Shown piece by piece: positions 1-37,832 of a DNA stretch of 64,000 nucleotides. How positions within the stretch are numbered: the first letter of the stretch is position 1; the number at the start of each line of letters is the position of its first letter. The notes beneath the pieces were generated by a model. It did no database searches and was not told where the DNA came from. It saw only the letters and a list, made by a program, of their open reading frames with translations. Position numbers and translations under genes: made by a program. The DNA is from Octopus vulgaris. Its lineage: Eukaryota. Location of the stretch: contig OX597834.1 of the NCBI GenBank assembly GCA_951406725.2, positions 36,208,001 to 36,272,000 of the forward strand, written 5' to 3'.

Positions 1-125
1 AGCCTTGTCACACGTTGTGTCACGCTGAATCTCCCCGAGAACTACGTTAAGGGTACACGTGTCTGTGGAATGCTCAGCCACTTGGACGTTAATTTCACGA
101 GTAGGATGTTCCGTTGATCGAGTCA

Positions 126-516
126 TCTTTATATATAAAAGTAAGGTTGTGTGTCTGTCTACTCTGATTTAGATTCCTTACTCCCACATTTTGCGGTGCA
201 GTTTAACCAAAACCGGGTATCTTATAGTCGTGATTCATATCGAGCCCTTCTGGGTATTAGCGCGCGTCTACGATGAGTCTACGATTTTAAAAATAATTTA
301 CCATCATTTTTTTCCATTTTAATGCATATTTTTTTTAATATAAGGGAAGTAACTCTCTAAAAATGTCTACGATGAGTCAACGATTTAAAAAAATTTACCA
401 TCATATTTTTTTCCATTTTTAATGCATTTTTTTGCTATTTTTTGGCTATAACTCTCTAAAAATGCTTTATAGTTATTTCCCTTACAAACCCGAGCAACGC
501 CGGGCGATACTGCTAG
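126..516 (+). mobile_element. Non-autonomous Helitron-like element
   Basis: Starts TC after host A125, ends CTAG before host T517, subterminal hairpin CCCG-AGCAACGC-CGGG; abuts a truncated SINE; second partial copy at 35672-35870. Confidence 0.75.
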
Positions 517-572
517 TTTGAAATATATTTCTACGTTTGTTGTTTTTGTCGTTTTATTTCCTTTTTTTTCAG

Positions 573-8975
<8,403 letters not shown>

Positions 8976-9346
8976 CTAATATGCATGTATATATATAAGA
9001 ACAAAATGGGAGAGTGTTCACATATATATACTCTGAGCTTAAACAGAATTTATGTAATGACAAATAATAAAGATTGGAATAATTTTGATTTTCTGTTTAC
9101 AATTGTTTCATCATTTCTCAATATAACAAATTTTGCAAAACATGGCGTAAACATACTCGCAACTGTTGATTAGTTTTCTTGTAATATATTGGAGTTCTAG
9201 ATAACACTTTTTGAATATAATTTGTCAGAAACTTTTACATAAATTGGTTATCTTGGATATTGACAGCTGGTTGTATTCATTAATCATAAAACGATTGCAA
9301 ACGAGCAAGCATTAAAATAATTTGCCAGCTTTATCCTTCAATTTTC

Positions 9347-9420
<74 letters not shown>

Positions 9421-9528
9421 TATATGCATATGTTCATACATACATGCATACATATATATATATATGTGTGTATATATGTATATATAATATGTATATATGT
9501 ATATGTAATTTATATATGTATGTATATA

Positions 9529-9655
9529 CACGGTGATTCAAAATTCACCATACATAGGAAAAAATTATATTTTTATAGGAAATAGTTAAATAAAAAAACT
9601 GTTTCTCATGAAAAAATAAATTGTTCTTATGTATGGCGACTTTTGAATCACCCTG
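9529..9655. mobile_element. Tc1/mariner-type MITE
   Basis: TA|CACGGTGATTCAAAA...TTTTGAATCACCCTG|TA terminal inverted repeats with TA flanks. Confidence 0.75.
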
Positions 9656-9688
9656 TATATATATATATGTATATGTATATATACATAT

Positions 9689-9720
<32 letters not shown>

Positions 9721-10031
9721 GATGTATGTATCTATGTATGTATATATATATATATATATATATGATGTATGTATCTATGTATGTATATATATATATATAT
9801 ATATATGATGTATGTATCTATGTATGTATATATATATATATATGATGTATGTATCTATGTATATATATATATATATGTGATGTATGTATGTATGTATACA
9901 TACAAGCATACATATACACATACACATCAACAGATATACAAGCATACATATACACATACACATCAACAGATATACAAGTATGCATGTATGTATGTATGTA
10001 TGTATGTATGTATATATATATATATATTTAT

Positions 10032-10082
<51 letters not shown>

Positions 10083-10755
10083 TATATATATTATAGAGAT
10101 TGCGTATTTGATTTTTTTCCTTTAACTCTAAAAATCCCGATACATACTACATTATCTAAAAAGAGTAAATCTTCTTAATACTGAAAAGCTCTATTAAAAC
10201 TGGGTGTGTGCTATATAAGTAACCTATTGTAGTACTCTAGTACTATATATGGAGACTACCCTCAGCCATGTATTATCAGATATAGACTACCTCATATCGA
10301 GGTAATACAATGGAAATTAAAGTAACGTCTTTAACTTGGAATATTTATGATACAGTAACAAATTTTGTGCCATTATACACACACACATACACACACACAT
10401 TCTTCTTGTCCTTGTTCTTGTTCATGATCTTGTTGCTGTTGTTGTTGTTGTTGTTGTTGTTGTTGTAGTTCTTCTTCTTCTTCTTCTTCTTACTATTATT
10501 ATTGTTATTATTATTATCAAGTGAGATCAGTATATGCCATCAAAGTGACACTGGGATACAAATATACAAAGCCCAGAATACCCAACATGACTACCCATCT
10601 GCTAAGGGGACACAAGGCACATACATCACAACCATATGTGAGCAACATGGTGATCTTGTAACAAGATAAACAACGCATGACATTGCAGATGGGTGGGGGG
10701 CTAGTTAGAATTTTCTTCAGGTTGAGCAGCCCATCATGCTCAAAAGGTCCCTGAA

Positions 10756-10795
<40 letters not shown>

Positions 10796-11064
10796 GTTGT
10801 TGTTGTTGTTATTATCATTATTATTATTATTAAGGCAGTGAACTGGCAGAAACGTTATAATGCTGGGCGAAATGCTTAGCAGTATTTCGTCTGTCGTTTT
10901 GTTCTGAGTTTAAATGCCATCAAGGTTGACTTTGCCTTTCAGGCTCGATCTTTTCTATATTAACCAAATTGAAGTAGATTGACAAAATTATTTTTTGAAC
11001 CAGTTGAAAACACACGAGGTGTCGAATCGTTCACTAGATAACAATGGCACTCTTCTTACAATTT

Positions 11065-11118
<54 letters not shown>

Positions 11119-11121
<3 letters not shown>

Positions 11122-11694
11122 GCCCTGATGCAGTAAATGCCCTGATGCAGTACCAGGCAGTGGCTCTCATGGCTTCTTATCTTAACTGATTGGAAGTGTC
11201 ATCATGTGCATTGTTTTGTCTTGGTATAAAAGATAGGCTACAGCAAATATTCTGCTCAATACCAAAGATTTGCTTGTCAGTTGTTTGACCTTAACCAGTT
11301 GAGCATGTCCCTTAGTGGCTGACGATATGTGCATCTCTGATCACGAGCAGAAGTAGTGGGGGAGCATCATAGCCATGTGTTGAGAGGAATTCTTTGGGGT
11401 TTGAATAATTCACCTATGGAAACATGGGTGGTTCTTTCAACATCCTTAAACAACCCTTATTCAGGGACCTTTTGAGCGGGATGGGCTACTCGACCTGAAG
11501 AAAATTCTAACTGGGCCCCACCTGCAAGGTCATGCGCTGTTTACCTTGATATGAGATCACCATGTCGCGCACATATGGTTGCGATGCATGTGCCTGGTGT
11601 ACCCTTATCAGACGGGTAGTCATGATGGGTATATTGGGCTTCGTATATTTTACTCCTGTGTCACTTTGATGGCATGAACTGCTCTCTCACTCAA
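11119..11694 (+). mobile_element. Non-autonomous (TAA)n-flanked retroelement, full-length copy (partial copies at 10518-10757 and 14515-14687, minus strand)
   Basis: aatgccctgatgcagtaccaggcagtggctctc...gctctctcactcaataataa recurs six times in the window, always next to (TAA)n; no ORF. Confidence 0.8.
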
Positions 11695-11730
11695 TAATAA
11701 TAATAATGATGATGATGATAATAATAATAA

Positions 11731-12167
11731 TTGGGTGTTAAAGCACCGAAGGTGGGATATAGTAAGCTCTAAGAGGGAAAGTAAGAGTGCCTAATATTTG
11801 ACGTGGCAGTACCAGGAGATCAACATAATTGTAATGAAAGAAAGAGAAAAGATTGATAAATATGGAGCCCTGAGAAGAGAGATCGGTAAAACGTGGCAGC
11901 TACGAGAATCAAACATAAAGGTTGTCCCTTTTATCATCGGAGTATTGGGTTAAATCCTACCTAACCCGAAAAGAATATCTCAAAACCTTAGAAATACCCT
12001 ACAGTCTAGATGTCCAGCAAAAGTCGGCGTTACTTGAAACTGCACGTATATTGCGTAAAGTACTGTCTGTCTGAGGTCCTTGTTGTGACCTGACAAACCG
12101 TACAAACCCCCTGTAGTCACAATATCTTCAATCAACAACCTCACAATATTGTATACAGTGCGACGTC

Positions 12168-12168
<1 letters not shown>
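11731..12168 (+). mobile_element. 3' fragment of a restriction-like-endonuclease (REL) non-LTR retrotransposon
   Basis: Degenerate translation resembles an REL C-terminus (DVAVPGD, KIDKYGALRREI, QKSALLETARILRKVL); (TAA)n tail. Confidence 0.65.
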
Positions 12169-12225
<57 letters not shown>

Positions 12226-12226
<1 letters not shown>

Positions 12227-14362
12227 TATCGCAAAGGTTGAACAAGCACCTGGACGAAAACAACTTGTTTCCAGAAGAGCAGAAAGGATGCCGCAAAGGC
12301 TCATAAGGCTGTAAAGATCAACTAATGATTAATAAAGCCATAACTGAAAACAGCCACAGCAAGAAGAAAGGCCTCAGTATGGCCTGGATCGACTACAAAA
12401 AGGCGTTTGATAGCATCCCCCACACATGGATCCTCGAAACACTAGCCATTAACAAAGTAGCACCAACAATTATAAAATTCATAGGGCACTCTATGAATAA
12501 ATGGCAAACAGTGCTACAGCTCCAAACAAAAGAGGGACTCATGAAAAGCAAAGCCATTCCCATTAGAAGAGGAATATTCCAGGGAGATACGCTCTCTCCA
12601 CTCCTTTTCTGCTTGGTACTGTCACCTCTATCTGATATACTAAATAGAACTGGATGCGGATATAAATGTTACGGCAAAACGATCAGCCACCTTTTATATA
12701 TGGATGACCTAAAACTATACGCTGCAAATGACAAACAGCTGGAAACGCTATTAAAGACAGTTCATGGATTTACCAAAGAAATAGATATGAAATTTGGATT
12801 AGAAAAATGCGCCAAAGTAACCATGAAAAGAGGAAAACTAGTTAAGAGTAGCAACATCACACTAGATAAAACCAATGAAACAAAAGAATTAGACCAAAGC
12901 TAAACTTACAAATACTTAGGAATCCATGAACTAGATAAGACACAACACACACAAATGAAAGAGAAAATTAAAAAAAGAATATTATAGACGAGTTAGATCA
13001 ATACTAAAAACAGAGCTCAATGCTAAAAACAAGATAATAGGTATTAACACTTTAGCTGTCCCAGTTATAAGTTACAGCTACAATATCCTTAACTGGACAC
13101 TAAATGAACTGACCAAAATAGATAGGAAAACAAGAAAAATAATGACAGGATCTATGATGCATCACCCAAAATCTGACATAGAAAGACTATATATACAACG
13201 TATAGAAAGTGGTAGAGGCCTTATACAGCTGGAAAACTACTATAAAATAACCACCATAGGACTGCAAAAATATCTACTTCAGAAGGAAGGAAAACTGATA
13301 CGAATAGCGGCAAAACACGAGCAAAACGAAAAACTGTTCTCAGTATTTAAGGAAGCTGACAAATACAAACAAGAAATCATACCACCTAATACATATGAAG
13401 AACAAGAAGAAGAAGATGAAGAAGAAACAACAAAAGCTATAAAGGAAATGAAATCCAAACTAAAAATAGAACAGCAACGAACCATGATAAAACGATGGCA
13501 AGAAAAGCCCCTTCATGGTAAATACTGGACTAAAAACTAAACGCAAAAGAAATAGACAAAGAAAAATCCCAGCAATGGTTGAGAAGCTCAGGACTCAAAG
13601 CAGAGACAGAGGGATTTTTAATTGCAGCACAAGACCAAAGCCTCCCCACCAGAAATTACCAAAAACATGTAATGAAAGAAATATTACAAGTAACTGCAGA
13701 ATATGTGGAGATGGACAAGAAACAATAAATCATATTATCTCTGGCTGTCCAGTCCTGGCTAAGAAGGAATATATTCACAGACATGACAGAGTTGGAACCT
13801 ACATACACTGGAAGCTATGCCAACATTATGGAATAACAACAGAAAAAAGATGGTATAGGCACACACCAGAAAAGGTCACAGAAAACGAGAAAGCAACCAT
13901 ACTCTGGGATATGCCGATACACACAGATAGAGAAATTAAGGGTAACAGACCAGATATAGCTGTCTATATCTGAGATCATGAAGAAAAAAATGCTTTCTAA
14001 TTGATGTATCAATACCGGCAGGTGACAACGTGTCTCTAAAAGAAATGGAGAAACTTTCAAAATACAAAGACCTGGAAATAGAGGTAACCTGAATGAGGAA
14101 TCTAAAAACAGAAACAAGTCCTATCACAGTAGGAGCATTAGGCATGATAAAAAATATTCAGACAAATACATAACAAAAACACCAGGACTTACAAACACAT
14201 ATAACATACAGAAAATTGCACTACTAGGCACTGCACACATCCTACGCAGAACACTTTCCATACAATAACCATCAGAGCATCCCAACAAATCACAGCACAT
14301 ACCCAAGGCACACAGAGCTGCGCTCGGTAGTGAAGTGAAAGCACGCCATAAAAATAAAACTA

Positions 14363-14365
<3 letters not shown>
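12226..14365 (+). mobile_element. 5'-truncated, decayed R4/Dong-type LINE (RT + CCHC finger + REL endonuclease)
   Basis: RT motifs WIDYKKAFDS, GIFQGDTLSPLLF, LYMDDLKLY; CRICGDGQETINHIISGC; RHD and RPDI REL motifs; stops and frameshifts; (TAA)n on both sides. Confidence 0.88.
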
Positions 14366-14457
<92 letters not shown>

Positions 14458-14462
14458 TAATA

Positions 14463-14516
<54 letters not shown>

Positions 14517-14685
14517 GAGTGAGAGAGCAGTTCATGCCATCAAAGTGACACTGGGGTAAAATATACGAAGCCCAATATACCCATCATGACTACCCGTCTG
14601 ATAAGGCTACACCAGGCACATGCATCACAACCATATGTGCGTGACATGGTGATCTGATATCAAGATAAACAGCACATGACCTTGC

Positions 14686-14718
<33 letters not shown>

Positions 14719-14915
14719 AGCAGGATCCACTTGGTCCACTTGCACTGGGATGAGCTAGTCGATATGCATTTCCCACTTGGTGTGAAAACTCCTGCATATT
14801 AAATGTTATTTTAATCTTAATTCACCGGAAGAAAAAGATCTTTTTACATGAAATAATTGGGAAATAAAAACACGTCTGAAACAACTGTTTTAAACGTCAG
14901 CTTATTTGTGTTACG

Positions 14916-15004
<89 letters not shown>

Positions 15005-15074
15005 ATAAGGGCATCTAGTAGTATTTTTATTAGTCGTCTAAGAAACTGCTGTATGATTTTAGGGCTTTCGCTTT

Positions 15075-15320
15075 GTTTTGTCCCAGTGTGAAATTGTCTA
15101 TTTTTATTGAATTTGCTTATAGATTTCTTTATACTTTAAAATTGATTGCATTTCGCCGAATGGCGGCTAAATATCTCCTGAAGAGGTAGGTCGGTGATGC
15201 ATCAATGCGGGTTTATGTAATGCTATGCGACATGTTATGTAATCATGCTTTGAATTTATAATAAATAACCAGGTTATTGAAACTTGTTTATTTGTATTTT
15301 GGCTTATCTTTTCTTCTCTT

Positions 15321-15325
<5 letters not shown>
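15075..15325. repeat. Inverted repeat arm pairing with 21145-21403
   Basis: About 250 bp near-identical reverse complement. Confidence 0.85.
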
Positions 15326-15379
<54 letters not shown>

Positions 15380-15560
15380 AAAAGTACAAAAATATACAAA
15401 CTGGGACGACAAGAACGTGAAACATTTAGAAGACTACACAAAAAACACGGACGGGACATTCTAAGCCCTCAACCATCAGTCAAGAACCGGATCATCTTCG
15501 CAATTTCGGCTGATTAATCTTGAGATTGCTCCGATCTGGGCAGCCCCCAAGGGAAATCTA

Positions 15561-15675
<115 letters not shown>

Positions 15676-16111
15676 TGTATGTATGTATGTATATTCTTGT
15701 ACTTTGGGATGCTCGTTCTTCTTGAGAAGAACAGAATGGAGAAAGAACACCCACAGAATTGTAAAGTGTCGCTGAAGAGGTTACAGATATATAACAAAGA
15801 TTCCGGACAATGGACAGACGTCAAAATGATTCTTAAAAACAATAATAAACGAACTGACCATCCTTAAGTACAACAATATCTGTTTCAACACACGATTTCA
15901 CATCAGGAAACTTACAAAACGAGTCGATATATATATATATATATATATATATTCTCTCCTTGTTTCTCTCATTGTTCTCTCTGTGTCCCTTTCTGTAGAA
16001 GAGCGTAGGCTCGAAACGTAATAGACTTTTTCTATTCCTGAGCGTTATACTAATAAATCTGTTTGTTTTGTACACCACCTCTCTTCGTCTTTTGTTTTTT
16101 CCGTAAACTCT

Positions 16112-16178
<67 letters not shown>

Positions 16179-16260
16179 TAATTAAGGGTTAATTGCAACC
16201 GATAAATCTACTAGGTGAAATTGATTAAATTTATTAAATTAATTATATTCCACCCTTTAT

Positions 16261-16302
<42 letters not shown>

Positions 16303-16345
16303 ATATATGTGTGTGTGTGTACATATATATATATATATATATACA

Positions 16346-16428
<83 letters not shown>

Positions 16429-16470
16429 CAACAACAGTAATAACGACAGAAACTAGCGAGCTAGCTATGT

Positions 16471-16556
<86 letters not shown>

Positions 16557-16584
16557 GTAAACAGAGAGAGTGTGGGTGGGAGAA

Positions 16585-16900
16585 GTGCAGATAAGTGCAT
16601 TACTGCGCCTGTGTTAGTGTTTGTTTATGTTGCTTGTTTTTCCGTTTCCCTTAATTTGTCGGTTCGAGAAATTTAGGTCACTACTTTACGTAAGAAGCTG
16701 AAATGCATAGCAGGGTTTAATGGTATAGCTCTACGATTAAATATGCTAAAATATATATGTATATGTGTATGTGTGTGTTCTTTGCGGAATGCTTTATCAG
16801 TAGTCTCCGAAATTGCACATTTTGCGCAAAAACATAACAGTAAACAAAGAGGCCAACTTTGAAAGATGCAGAGAAAGATTAGAGGAATCCGGGACGAAGA
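16585..16900. repeat. Old, diverged inverted repeat arm pairing with 18740-19135
   Basis: Alignable reverse complement, e.g. taggtcactactttacgt / acgtgaagtagtgaccta and gcaaaaacataac / gttatgtttttgt. Confidence 0.7.
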
Positions 16901-17019
16901 AACGAAGGACGAACAAATGAAAGGATGCAGCTTTATGGGTGGGATGAGTGTAACTCTGAAAGAGTAAGATGTAAGTATGTATGTATGAATATATTATATT
17001 ATATTATATTATATTATAT

Positions 17020-17066
<47 letters not shown>

Positions 17067-17136
17067 GGAGTAAACACATAAATGTGAAACAAGGTGGAAA
17101 AAAGAGTACTCAAATACCAGTGGTAGAGTAATATGC

Positions 17137-17287
17137 TTTATTTTAAGCAGCAGAAAATTCAACAAAATCTGTTACTCTGAGTTTCTCGTTGCCGTTCATC
17201 AGACAGTTTTTTCTAGCAAAAACTGTCTGATGAACGGCAACGAGAAACTCAGAGTAACAGATTTTCTTGAATTTTCTGCTGCTTTAA

Positions 17288-17292
<5 letters not shown>
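17137..17292. repeat. Near-perfect 156 bp palindrome carrying a hammerhead-like motif in each arm
   Basis: Arms are reverse complements centred on ctag 17213-17216. Confidence 0.9.
17223..17260 (+). ncRNA. Minimal type I hammerhead ribozyme motif (mirror copy 17169-17206 on minus strand)
   Basis: CTGT-CTGATGA-A-CG(GCAA)CG-A-GAAA-CTCAGAG-TA-ACAG: intact core, stem I CTGT/ACAG, near-palindromic stem III, GUA site. Confidence 0.65.
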
Positions 17293-17354
<62 letters not shown>

Positions 17355-17634
17355 TAAAATCGGTAAGATAACAAAAGAAAGAAAGAGACCTCAATGTTAT
17401 GTAAATAGAGGAATTTATCTGTAAATGTAATATGTGACAATTATTCGGTAGCCAAGATTAAAACTCTGAGTTTCGGATGCCGAGCTGGAAATCCACATCA
17501 TCATCTCTTCAGACGTAATATATTAAAATTATTAGAATTGGGAATGAAATGTGAAAATATTGTCAAGTGGGTAGCAGGAAGCCGCCCGGAGGGCAGTCTT
17601 TCTTCTAGTATATATATATATATATTTTTTTTTT

Positions 17635-18015
17635 TTTACTTGTTTCAGACATTTTGACAGCGGCCATGCTGGAGCACCGCCTTTAATCGAGCAACTCGAC
17701 CCCAGGACTTATTCTTTGTAAGCCCAGTACTTATTCTATCGGTCTCTTTTGCCGAACCGCTAAGTGACGGGGACATAAACACACCAGCATCGGTTGTCAA
17801 GCAATGCTAGGGGGACACACACAAACATACACGCACATACATATATATACATATATACGACGGGCTTCTTTCAGTTTCCGTCTACCAAATCCACTCACAA
17901 GGCGTTGGTCGGCCCGAGGCTATAGTAGAAGACACTTGCCCAAGATGCCACGCAGTGGGACTGAACCCGGAACCATGTGGTTGGTAAACAAGCTACTTAC
18001 CACACAGCCACTCCT

Positions 18016-18017
<2 letters not shown>
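17635..18017 (-). mobile_element. tRNA-derived SINE family 3. Copies at about 7103-7530, 19303-19445, 20690-21030, 33660-33990, 62170-62580
   Basis: Head GGAGTGGCTGTGTGGTAAG...GGTTCAGTCCC and shared body gcaccttgggcaagtgtcttctactatagcctcggg. Confidence 0.8.
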
Positions 18018-18075
<58 letters not shown>

Positions 18076-18641
18076 TATACATACATACACGCACACACAC
18101 GCACGCACACACCCACACACACATATATATATATACTAGGAGAAAGACTGCCCTCCGGACGGCTTTCTGCTGGCCACTTGACAATATTTTTACATTTCAT
18201 TCCCAATTCTAATAATTTTATAATTTTACGTCTAATTATTTGTTTGTATAATATTGCTTTCATTATGCTACCACAGCCGTAATCTCTGATTTTTAAACAA
18301 ACATCAAGGTAGTTCAACTATGGAACGGGGCACAGTTTGTCAATTTTTACCTTCCCCTCAAAGCAACAGAGATTTCAATTCAGCAACCTACCTGAAAACT
18401 TTGCAGTATGAACAAACATTGTCAAAACAAATTCCTGCATTATGTGGCTGTACAATAGACACGACAGTCTATTCTTGAAAATTATGGAAACTGGCTTTCG
18501 TTGCAAATCTTTAAACAGAATTCTTCCAAGTTTGAAAATATTTTTGTGTGCACTTCTGCTGTAAATATTCGGTTTCATCTCTCTGCACCCGGTTTGTTGG
18601 TGATGGTGTTTCTGTTTCCACTGAAGTTTGGAAGGCTTCCC

Positions 18642-18692
<51 letters not shown>

Positions 18693-18875
18693 GATTATCG
18701 TTATTATTATTATCCTTATTATTATTATATAGGGTAAAAATGTTCCCGCTTCTTCTAATCTCTCTCTCCGTCATTCTCTTTCAAAATTTGCCCTTCACTC
18801 ACCGTTATGTTTTTGTGCAAAATGTGAAATTTTGGAGATACTGATAAGGCATTCCACAGGAAAACAAACAGACGA

Positions 18876-18949
<74 letters not shown>

Positions 18950-19182
18950 AACACACACACATATGTATTAGCATATTTACTGATAGAGCTATACCACTCA
19001 ACTCTGCTGTATATTTCAACTCATCACGTGAAGTAGTGACCTACATTTATCCAACCGGCAAATTATGAGAGACGTGTGAATAAGCAACACAAACAAACAC
19101 AAGCATAGCAGCAGAAATGCACTCATCTGAACTTATCTCTCTCTCGCTTTCCCTCTATCTGTCTATCTGTCTATTTAGCTAC

Positions 19183-19305
<123 letters not shown>

Positions 19306-21068
19306 GAGTGGCCTTGTGGTAAAGTAGCTTGCTTACCAACCATATGGTTCCGGGTTCAGTTCCACTGCGTGGCACCTTGGGAAAGTGACTTTTACTTTAG
19401 CCACCGGCCAACCAAAGCCGAGTGAGTAGATTTGGTAGACGGTGTGTGTGTGTGCTTACGATAATTCGATAGTAATTGTACGAGATAATTTATAACATGC
19501 GACAGAAAACTCCTCTTTGTTTCACACTATGCAATCTTTTGCCGCATCCGGTAGTTGACACATTTTCCTCTCCTTTCACCATAAAATTGTTCTACTGCTG
19601 ACATTTCGATGTAAGGAGATACTTTCAAAAGATGCCCCCCCCCCCCATTATTATAACAAGTTATAAACATCAGTTTAACCAGGACAGAGAACTCAAAGAA
19701 CAATATAGAGGGGGAGAGTAAAAAAATGAAACATAGAAAATAAAATTATAAAAAGCACACAATATTAAAGGCACTTGAAAAATTTCAAGTGAACACCCTT
19801 CTTTCTCTGTCTCAGTGCCTACCTACTCCACATCTTCTTATTTCTCTGTCTCTCTTTCCTTCTTTACTTATCTAACTCCTATATTTCCCCATCCCTCTTG
19901 TTGGCTTATCATCAAAAAAAAAAAGGAGTAAGGTGATTCGCTTGCTATGAAAATCATTATTACGTAGAACCCCCTACCGAGGTTTACTTTGCCTTTCATC
20001 CTTTCAGGGTCGATTAAATAAGTACCACTTACGTTCAGGGGTCGATGCAATCGACTTACTCTCCTTCCCCAAGCTGTCCTTGCGACAAAAATTTGAAACC
20101 ATGATTACGTAGGAGCCCTAAGGCGGCGAGCTGATAGAATCGCTAGCACGCCGAGCAAAATGCTTGGCGGCATTTCGTTCGACTCTTTACGTTCTGAGTT
20201 CAAATTCCGCCCAGGTCGACTTTGCCTTTCATCCTTTCGGGGTCGATAAATTAAGTATTCGTTGTTTTTTGTTGTGTGCTCGAAATGGGGCTCCGTACCC
20301 TGCTCTCCTCCACGTTCGCTTTCCCCTTTTGGAAACAGTTTGCAATGCTTCGACTTGTTCTTCTCTCTCCAAGTCGTTCTCAAGGGAATCGGTGAAAGAC
20401 GATGAGGTTTGGTCACCATTTGCGAGATCTGAGTCATCACCGTTGTTTTTGTTGGTATATGGAGCAGAGAGATCGGGAAAAGCTTGCTCATCTGTGGGAG
20501 GGGACAACAAAATTTTCTCGTGTTGGTTTTTGCGTAAGACTCCTCAATTGCTGTACACATTGTTCATGTAGATGTGGTTGTGGTGTTACAGGGATAAATT
20601 CATGAAAACATAAATATATATGGACACACATATATATATATATACACACACAAACGCACATATGATGTACAAGTATATAGTTATGTATATGTGCCACTGC
20701 GTGGCACCTTCGGCAAGTGTCTTCTACTATAGCCTCGGGCCGACCAACGCCTTGTGAGTGGATTTGGTAGACGGAAACTGAAAGAAGCCCGTCGTATATA
20801 TGTATATGTATGTATGTGTATGTTTGTGTGTCTGTATTTGTCCTCCCTACCATCTCTTGACAACCGATGCTGGTGTGTTTACGTCCCCGTCACTTAGCGG
20901 TTCGGCAAAAGAGACCGATAGAATAAGTACTGGGCTTACAAAGAATAAGTTCCAGGGTCGATTTGTTCGACTAAAGGCGGTGCTCCAGCATGGCCGCAGT
21001 CAAATGACTGAAACAAGTAAAAGAGTAAAGAGTAAAGAGATATATATGTGTGTGCGTGTGTGTGTGTA

Positions 21069-21122
<54 letters not shown>

Positions 21123-22324
21123 TACATATATATATATAAATATATATAAAGAGAAGAAAGGATAAGTCAAAATACAAATAAACAAGTTTCAATAACCTGG
21201 TTATTTATTATAAATTCAAAGCATGATTACATAACATGTCGCATAGCATTACATAAACCCGCATTGATGCATGACCGACCTACGTCTTCAGGAGATATTT
21301 AGCCGCCATTCGGCAAAATGCAATCAATTTTTAAGTATAAAGAAGGTATAAGAAAGTATACGCAAATTCAATAAAAATAGACAACTTCACACTGGGACAA
21401 AACTATTATAGCTTGCACTTAATCAAACACGAAATAATCCAAAGGCAACTAAATCAACGAACATCCATGCTACAAGGGAAGTTGTGAATAGCTATGTCTG
21501 CTTATCAGATGTTGCATTTTACTGTCAAGAGTATTTTGTGATGGACAGACGACATCTTGCAGTAGACAATACAACTCACATCATTTAGAATCTGCTGTTT
21601 GTTAGAACAAACGTCACATTAAAATGTGCCGCTAACGCCTAACTGCATGATGCTCTTAGTATATATATAAATATATAAAATACTTTTTTTTCGAACAACG
21701 AAAGAAACAGAGAACCGAGACATACAACTCTGTTTTTGTCGTTGTTGGAAAAAAAGTTCGTTTTCTATGTTTTTGTTTTTATGTTTTCGTTTCTCATTGT
21801 GTTAAACTTTTTTTTTATGTCCTGTACCCATATATGCATGTATATATGCATATATATGTAGGTATGTACATATATGTATGTATATATGCATATATTTATA
21901 TATTTCCTAGTAAGTTTTATATATATGTATATATATGATATATATATATATGTATATATATATATAATGAAAAACTGAAGGATACTTCGTTTCTAATCAT
22001 TTCTTGATTAATCAATACCACCAGCAGTCATTATTACATATAATCTTTCTGCGTAAAGTATTTTGCAGAAATTATTTTCAAAGCGTTATTATAGAACTGC
22101 AATATATCACAAGAAAACTAATCAACAGTTACCAGCTTGTTTACAGCATGTTTTGCAAGATTTGTTATATCGAATAATGATGAAACAATTGTAAACAGAG
22201 AATCAAATTTTTCATATTTGTCATTACTTATATTCTATGTATGAGCTTAGAGTATATATATGTGAAGTCTCTCCCATTTTATTCTTATATATACGCATAT
22301 AAGTAATAATGCACGCTTAGTCCC

Positions 22325-37261
<14,937 letters not shown>

Positions 37262-37360
37262 TATTGGACAGCTCTCTTTGATGTAATGTCCAGAAGAGCT
37301 CGCAAAACAATGTCTCAATACAACAAGCAAATCTCTATGAACACCGCGTATAAAATGAAG

Positions 37361-37404
<44 letters not shown>

Positions 37405-37778
37405 CTTGAGTGAGTAAGAAGAGAGATTAGTATATTGCAATGTTTTCCGAATGATATATTGTCCTAATAATCCAGTTGTATTTAATTGTTTTATATTTTC
37501 ATATCATAATTATATCGGTTTATAATGGTGATTGCGTTCTTGGATGTTGTTTTGATAACACTGCGTGGTATGGTCTCTTGTATTCCTGTGGCAGTTGCGC
37601 TCTCGGTGGTATTTATACACACAAAAAAGCTGCTGTCATGTGATCACTTTGGTTAGTGTCTGAATGTTACTGGTATCAACGAAAACCAACAAAAGTTAAG
37701 AATATTCAGCTAAAACAACAACGAAAGTGGGAATGGAATGGAAGAAATGCAAAGGGGACAGAGTGTTTGTGTGTGTGT

Positions 37779-37832
<54 letters not shown>

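Noticed and set aside
15175-15290. Hammerhead in the 15075-15325 / 21145-21403 repeat
   Set aside because: CTGAAGA and GAAAC are about 95 nt apart and I could not build convincing stems I-III.
20229-20570. Acidic/basic 93-aa ORF on the minus strand
   Set aside because: No recognisable domain or splice context, an upstream in-frame stop, and embedded among SINEs; probably a retroelement relic.
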